In this document: one piece after another, positions 15,841 to 20,590 of the stretch
How the letters are laid out: each line of letters opens with the position of its first letter
Numbering within the stretch: position 1 is the first letter of the stretch
Assembly: GCA_044356295.1 (NCBI GenBank)
Contig: JBIKWN010000043.1
Span: forward strand, 1 to 20,590
DNA from: Bdellovibrionota bacterium
GTDB lineage: Bacteria > Bdellovibrionota_C > UBA2361 > JBIKWN01
Direction: 5' to 3'
DNA length: 20,590 nucleotides
The notes under the pieces: model-generated
Databases searched by the model: none
What the model was told of the DNA's origin: nothing
Seen by the model: the letters and a program-made list of their open reading frames with translations, nothing else
Translations under genes and position numbers: made by a program

Positions 15841-16962
15841 ATGAAAAATGCACAATTACAAGCTCTCTCCTCAGTCGGTCAATCTGTTTGGTACGACAAT
15901 CTTTCACGTGACGTTTTAAAATCTGGAGAGCTCAAAGGTTTAATAGATGCTGGAGTTCTTGGACTTACCAGTAACCCATCGATCTTTAAAAAATCAATTG
16001 CTGATAGCAATGATTATGATGATGCTATGAAAGCTCTTAAAGCTAAAGGAATCACTGATACTGATGCAGTCACTGAAGCGCTTATGATCGAAGATGTTGC
16101 AGCAGCAGCAGATCTGCTACGACCAATCTATGATGGTTCAGATGGTATTGATGGTTGTGCAAGTATTGAGGTCTCACCTTTTCTTGCTCACGATACCAAC
16201 GGAACAATTGCAGCTGGTAAAAAACTTTGGGGAATTTTAAATCGTCCTAATATTATGATTAAGGTTCCTGCCACTACGGAAGGAATACCAGCAATTAAGG
16301 CTCTTCTTGAAGAAGGCATTAATGTAAACGTAACTTTGATTTTCTCTGTTGAAGTTTATGCGGCTGTAATGGATGCCTATATTGCTGGGCTAGAAGCACG
16401 TACTGCGAAAGGTCACCCAATAAATCGAATTGCATCTGTTGCAAGTTTCTTTGTATCGCGTGTTGATAGCATCGTTGAAACGGAACTTGCTAAAGTTAAA
16501 AAGGAAGGCAAGATCTCAGATGAGATCGAATCAGAGTATTTTGGCAAAGTTGGAATTGCTAACTCAAAACTCGCTTACGGAGCTTATGAGAAAACATTTA
16601 CTTCTCCACGTTTCAAAGCAATTCAAACTAAAGGTGCAAAAGTTCAACGACCACTCTGGGCAAGTACTGGAACTAAAAATCCTAAGTTTTCTTCTGTTAT
16701 GTATGTTGAGGCGTTAGCTGGAAAAGATACAGTGAACACAATGCCTCCTGCGACATTGAAAGCAACCATGGAGCAAGCTGTAATAAGAGATGCTCTCGCA
16801 ACAGGTTTTAAAGAAAGTGAAACACTGATTAATTCCTTGACATCTCACCATGTGAATTTCTCTAAACTCTTAGAAGACCTCCAAGTGCAAGGTGTAAAAC
16901 TTTTTGCTGATGCGTATCAAGAATTGTTAGATTCTACTAAAAAGAAAATATCATCACTTTAA
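15841..16962 (+). CDS. tal: Transaldolase (type 2)
   Basis: GQSVWYDNLSR, GLTSNPSIF, Schiff-base NIMIKVPAT, NVNVTLIFS, SVASFFVSRVD, RPLWASTGTKNP. Confidence 0.97.
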   Translation: MKNAQLQALSSVGQSVWYDNLSRDVLKSGELKGLIDAGVLGLTSNPSIFKKSIADSNDYDDAMKALKAKGITDTDAVTEALMIEDVAAAADLLRPIYDGSDGIDGCASIEVSPFLAHDTNGTIAAGKKLWGILNRPNIMIKVPATTEGIPAIKALLEEGINVNVTLIFSVEVYAAVMDAYIAGLEARTAKGHPINRIASVASFFVSRVDSIVETELAKVKKEGKISDEIESEYFGKVGIANSKLAYGAYEKTFTSPRFKAIQTKGAKVQRPLWASTGTKNPKFSSVMYVEALAGKDTVNTMPPATLKATMEQAVIRDALATGFKESETLINSLTSHHVNFSKLLEDLQVQGVKLFADAYQELLDSTKKKISSL

Positions 16963-16975
16963 TCTTAATATTTCT

Positions 16976-18502
16976 ATGACTTCTATTACTGCACCATCGC
17001 CGTCAAATCAAAAACCACCTGCAACTGTTATTGTAATCTTTGGTGCGAGTGGTGATCTGACTGCTCGAAAACTGGTCCCTGCGCTCTACAATCTTTTTGC
17101 AGATCAATATCTTCCAGATAATTTCATCGTTATTGGTGCAGCAAGAAGTAAATTGAGTGACGAGGAGTTTCGTTCGAAACTTCATGATGGTTTGAAAAAG
17201 TTTTCACGACGACCCGTTACGGATGAATTTTGGTCTGCGTTTTCTAGTCGAGTTTTTTATCAATCTGTTGATGGTTCTGTTATAGATGATTTTAATGGCC
17301 TGAAAGCTAGGATTGAAACATTAACTGAGGGTAACATTACCTATAATTATCTTCATTATCTTGCTGTTTCACCTGAATTTTTTGCAGGGATTGCTGCAAA
17401 TCTTCGAAAAACCGATCTGATGGTTGACCCAGCCACAGGAATTCGAAGAACAGGACTTATTGTTGAAAAACCATTCGGACACGATGTGCCTTCTGCAAAA
17501 CTTTTAAATCAAGAGTTAATGCAGTACCTCAGGGAAGATCAGATTTTTAGAATCGATCATTATCTTGGAAAAGAAACTGTTCAAAATATTTTAGTGTTTC
17601 GTTTTGCAAACGGTATTTTTGAACCGCTCTGGAATAATCGATATATTGAGTCGATCCAGATCTCGGTATGTGAAGAGATCGGTGTTGGAAGTCGGGGCCC
17701 ATACTTTGATCAAAATGGAATCACCCGAGACATCATACAAAACCATGCAATTCAGATGTTATCGCTGCTTTGTATCGAGCCGCCTCATTCTTTAGGCGAT
17801 CCGAATGCAATTAGAGATGAGAAAGTAAAAGTTTTAAGATCCATCAATCGATTTACTCCACAAGAAGCTGCAAAACATTCAGTCCGAGGGCAGTACACTG
17901 CCGGCACTGTAAACGGAGAAGCTGTTTGTGGTTACAAAGAAGAAAAAGGAATTTTGTCTTCCAGTAAAACTGAAACGTATTCAGCAATGCAATTTGAAAT
18001 TGATAATTGGCGATGGAAAGGAGTGCCGATCTATATAAGAGCAGGCAAACGCCTTCCTAAACGTATCACTGATATTACCGTCTATTTTAAAAGTGCACCT
18101 AATTCACTTTTTAGAGGTCGTAACATCGGAAACCTTGAGCAAAACTGTTTGACTATACAGGTTCAACCGAGTGAAGGAATGGCACTTCATATAAATTCAA
18201 AACCTCCTGGGCAACGTTTCAGTATTGAACCAGTACAGATGGATTTTCAGTATAATCAATCATTCGGTGTTGCATCATCTGATGCTTATGAACGGTTGTT
18301 ACTTGATTCAATGAGAGGCGATTCAACTCTATTTACTCGTAATGATGAGATTGAAGAAGCGTGGGGTCTGCTTGAGCCGTTCTTTGATGCATGGAGTGAT
18401 AAATACCTCTGTCCTGTATGCGATTATGCGGCTGGTTCTTGGGGACCGAAGGAAGCTGATAAACTACTTGAACAAAGACATCAGAAGTGGCGACAGCTGT
18501 GA
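16976..18502 (+). CDS. zwf: Glucose-6-phosphate 1-dehydrogenase
   Basis: IFGASGDL, EKPFG, RIDHYLGKE, NWRWKGVPIYIRAGK, YERLL. Confidence 0.98.
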   Translation: MTSITAPSPSNQKPPATVIVIFGASGDLTARKLVPALYNLFADQYLPDNFIVIGAARSKLSDEEFRSKLHDGLKKFSRRPVTDEFWSAFSSRVFYQSVDGSVIDDFNGLKARIETLTEGNITYNYLHYLAVSPEFFAGIAANLRKTDLMVDPATGIRRTGLIVEKPFGHDVPSAKLLNQELMQYLREDQIFRIDHYLGKETVQNILVFRFANGIFEPLWNNRYIESIQISVCEEIGVGSRGPYFDQNGITRDIIQNHAIQMLSLLCIEPPHSLGDPNAIRDEKVKVLRSINRFTPQEAAKHSVRGQYTAGTVNGEAVCGYKEEKGILSSSKTETYSAMQFEIDNWRWKGVPIYIRAGKRLPKRITDITVYFKSAPNSLFRGRNIGNLEQNCLTIQVQPSEGMALHINSKPPGQRFSIEPVQMDFQYNQSFGVASSDAYERLLLDSMRGDSTLFTRNDEIEEAWGLLEPFFDAWSDKYLCPVCDYAAGSWGPKEADKLLEQRHQKWRQL

Positions 18503-19206
18503 AAGTTGAGGTTTTTGAGGCAACAACATATTTTGATGATGCTGCTTTATTCATCATCAACAAACTTCAGTCATATAAAGGTCGCACAGTAACTTTTGCA
18601 TTGTGTGGAGGTTCAACACCTAAACCTATCTACGAATTACTCGGTAAAGCTGTTAAAGCCGATCCATCCCTTTCAGATATAATGTTTGAATTATATTTAG
18701 GCGATGAACGATTTGTTCCGTTAGCTGATGATCGTAGTAATTATAAAATGGTAATTGATTCAGGATTTGCCGACATATCTGGTCGTTCAAAACTGTATCC
18801 ACTCGATGTTGAGAGTCAGTCAGTAGAAGAAGCTTCAATAAAATATGAAAACCTTTTAGAGACTAATGTCTCAAAGTTTGACTTTATGCTTTTAGGAATA
18901 GGAGATGACGGGCATACAGCATCACTCTTCCCCAACGATATAAAAGCATTACATGAAAAAACTAAAAAGTGTATTGCGGTTTCACACCCAACTGATGGAA
19001 CAACACGTATGTCGATGACATTTCCTGTATTGGAAGCAGCAACTCATATTTTCTTTCTTGCTCGCGGAGCAGGTAAAGCAAAACTTTTAAAAGAAGTCGT
19101 CAAAGGTGATTTTACTATTGAAAACTATCCAAGTACTTTTTGGAAACGGTGTGAAGACAAAGTCTCATTTCTATTTGATAAACCTGCAGCGGCTCTATTA
19201 GGATAA
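18499..19206 (+). CDS. pgl: 6-phosphogluconolactonase
   Basis: ALCGGSTP, GDERFVP, LLGIGDDGHTASLFP. The GTG at 18499 overlaps the zwf stop (GTGA). Confidence 0.93.
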   Translation: MKVEVFEATTYFDDAALFIINKLQSYKGRTVTFALCGGSTPKPIYELLGKAVKADPSLSDIMFELYLGDERFVPLADDRSNYKMVIDSGFADISGRSKLYPLDVESQSVEEASIKYENLLETNVSKFDFMLLGIGDDGHTASLFPNDIKALHEKTKKCIAVSHPTDGTTRMSMTFPVLEAATHIFFLARGAGKAKLLKEVVKGDFTIENYPSTFWKRCEDKVSFLFDKPAAALLG

Positions 19207-19217
19207 AAAGAGGTGTT

Positions 19218-20366
19218 ATGTTAACACTAAAAGCCGGAGAAAAAGCTGAAAACCTCAGAGCTGAGCTCCAAGAATGGTTGAAGAATAATACGCCACCAAA
19301 AATCTCGCCTGAATCAGATCTTCCTGAATTTGTTTCACAGGGTAAAATCTGGCAGAAAAAACTCTCTGAGCAAAAATTTATTGCTGTGCATTGGCCTTCT
19401 GAATACGGAGGTCGAACAATGTCACTCGTTGAAGAGGCGATTCTTCAAGAAGAGCTTGGAAAAGCTCGTGCGCCACAAGTTGTTGGGCTTTTTGGTCTTA
19501 CCATGGTTGGGCCGGTTCTAATCCGATATGGAACTGGTGCTCAAAAAGAGAGGTACCTTTCTAAAATTCTTTCAGCCGAAGAGATCTGGTGCCAAGGTTT
19601 TTCTGAACCTGAAGCTGGAAGTGACCTTGCAAATCTAAAAACGAAAGCAACTAAAGTTGAGGGTGGTTTTAACATTACTGGTCAAAAAATCTGGACAAGT
19701 TTTGCTCATGTTGCAGATTTTATCTTTGTTCTGGCAAGAACATCAGATGAAGAAAAACGCCATCAAGGACTTACTTACTTTTTAATCCCAATGACTGCAC
19801 CAGGTATTACGGTTCGCCCCTTAAGGCAGATCACAGGGGATGCAGAGTTCAATGAAGTTTTTTTTGAGGATGTGTTTGTCCCAGATGAAAGTATCGTTGG
19901 TCAAGTTGGTGACGGCTGGAATATAGCTATATCAACATTAATGTATGAACGGGTGATTCTGACTTTTTCAAGACATATACAATCAGAAATAGCGCTTCGT
20001 GAATTACTGGAAAGAAAAGATTCACTCGATGTTACTGGTAAAGTAGCACTTTCGAATGCCATTATTTCCCAAGCTGCAACAAGAGCATTAGCCTATAAAC
20101 ACTTGAATCATTACAGTGTTACCGGCGCAAATCCAGGAGCAGAAGGCTCGCTTGATAAACTTTTATGGTCTACATCATTTCTTGAGCTGTCTAAACTTTC
20201 TGCTAAAAGTTGGGGGAGTTCTCTTGCACTTGGTGAAAGTGACTCAGATGCGGGGGATGATGTTCTTCGGTATTTTTATTCTCGTGGCAGAGCTATTGCT
20301 GCTGGGACTACGGAAGTTCAAAAAAATATTATCGCTGAGCGTCTACTAGGATTAAAAAGTAAATAA
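19218..20366 (+). CDS. Acyl-CoA dehydrogenase family protein
   Basis: WPSEYGG, WCQGFSEPEAGSDLA, GQKIWTS, FNEVFFEDV, GTTEVQKNIIAER. GAGG RBS upstream. Confidence 0.93.
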   Translation: MLTLKAGEKAENLRAELQEWLKNNTPPKISPESDLPEFVSQGKIWQKKLSEQKFIAVHWPSEYGGRTMSLVEEAILQEELGKARAPQVVGLFGLTMVGPVLIRYGTGAQKERYLSKILSAEEIWCQGFSEPEAGSDLANLKTKATKVEGGFNITGQKIWTSFAHVADFIFVLARTSDEEKRHQGLTYFLIPMTAPGITVRPLRQITGDAEFNEVFFEDVFVPDESIVGQVGDGWNIAISTLMYERVILTFSRHIQSEIALRELLERKDSLDVTGKVALSNAIISQAATRALAYKHLNHYSVTGANPGAEGSLDKLLWSTSFLELSKLSAKSWGSSLALGESDSDAGDDVLRYFYSRGRAIAAGTTEVQKNIIAERLLGLKSK

Positions 20367-20369
20367 GAA

Positions 20370-20590
20370 ATGATTCCACAATCTGTTCAAAAATCATTGA
20401 GAAACTTTGAAGAAGATAAAAAAAGAATTTTACAGATTGCCTCTGCTATGAGCCAGCAAGGTTTATCTGTTTCACCACAGGGTGATGAGTGGAACATGAC
20501 AGAGCTGTTAGAGCATTTGGTAGTCGTTGAAGAAAAGCTCCTCGATGCAATGAAAAAATCTCTCGTAAGGAAAACAAATACCAAGTCTTC
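20370..20590 (+). CDS. DinB/YfiT-family protein, 5' part (runs off the window)
   Basis: Manual translation from ATG 20370 gives MIPQSVQKSLRNFEEDKKRILQIASAMSQQGLSVSPQGDEWNMTELLEHLVVVEEKLL, which has the DinB P-xxx-W-x6/7-HL-xxx-E pattern. It starts 3 nt after the ACAD stop. Confidence 0.7.
   Translation, partial: MIPQSVQKSLRNFEEDKKRILQIASAMSQQGLSVSPQGDEWNMTELLEHLVVVEEKLLDAMKKSLVRKTNTKS

Noticed and set aside
632..20584. Short ORFs (60-144 aa) nested in or antisense to the main genes, including 632-1051, 6208-6540, 13685-14119 and 20387-20584
   Set aside because: They are shadow ORFs of well-supported genes with no recognisable motifs. 20387-20584 is antisense to the DinB-like gene.

Overview
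AT-rich bacterial chromosomal window from a Gram-negative organism (it encodes a TonB-dependent receptor). FtsA/FtsZ look deltaproteobacterial/Bdellovibrionota-like, which is an inference only. Order: 3' end of murB, then a ~3.46 kb islet carrying one antisense 965-aa orphan ORF, then ftsQ-ftsA-ftsZ and a terminator. Next come a TonB-dependent receptor, an 80-bp near-perfect palindrome built from 9-bp units, an orphan GT-A/GT2-like glycosyltransferase and a convergent hypothetical ORF. A minus-strand acyl-CoA carboxyltransferase / small subunit / biotin-carrier cluster is divergent from a split methylmalonyl-CoA mutase large subunit. A second palindrome built from 6-bp units follows, then tal-zwf-pgl, an acyl-CoA dehydrogenase and the start of a DinB-family gene. 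The most striking feature is the islet. It is bounded by a 110-bp identical direct repeat (135 bp with 3 mismatches) that duplicates the overlapping murB-stop/ftsQ-start junction, so both essential genes stay intact. It encodes no recognisable integrase or transposase. Its only cargo is a protein with four degenerate ~130-aa tandem repeats fused to a class I SAM-methyltransferase domain.
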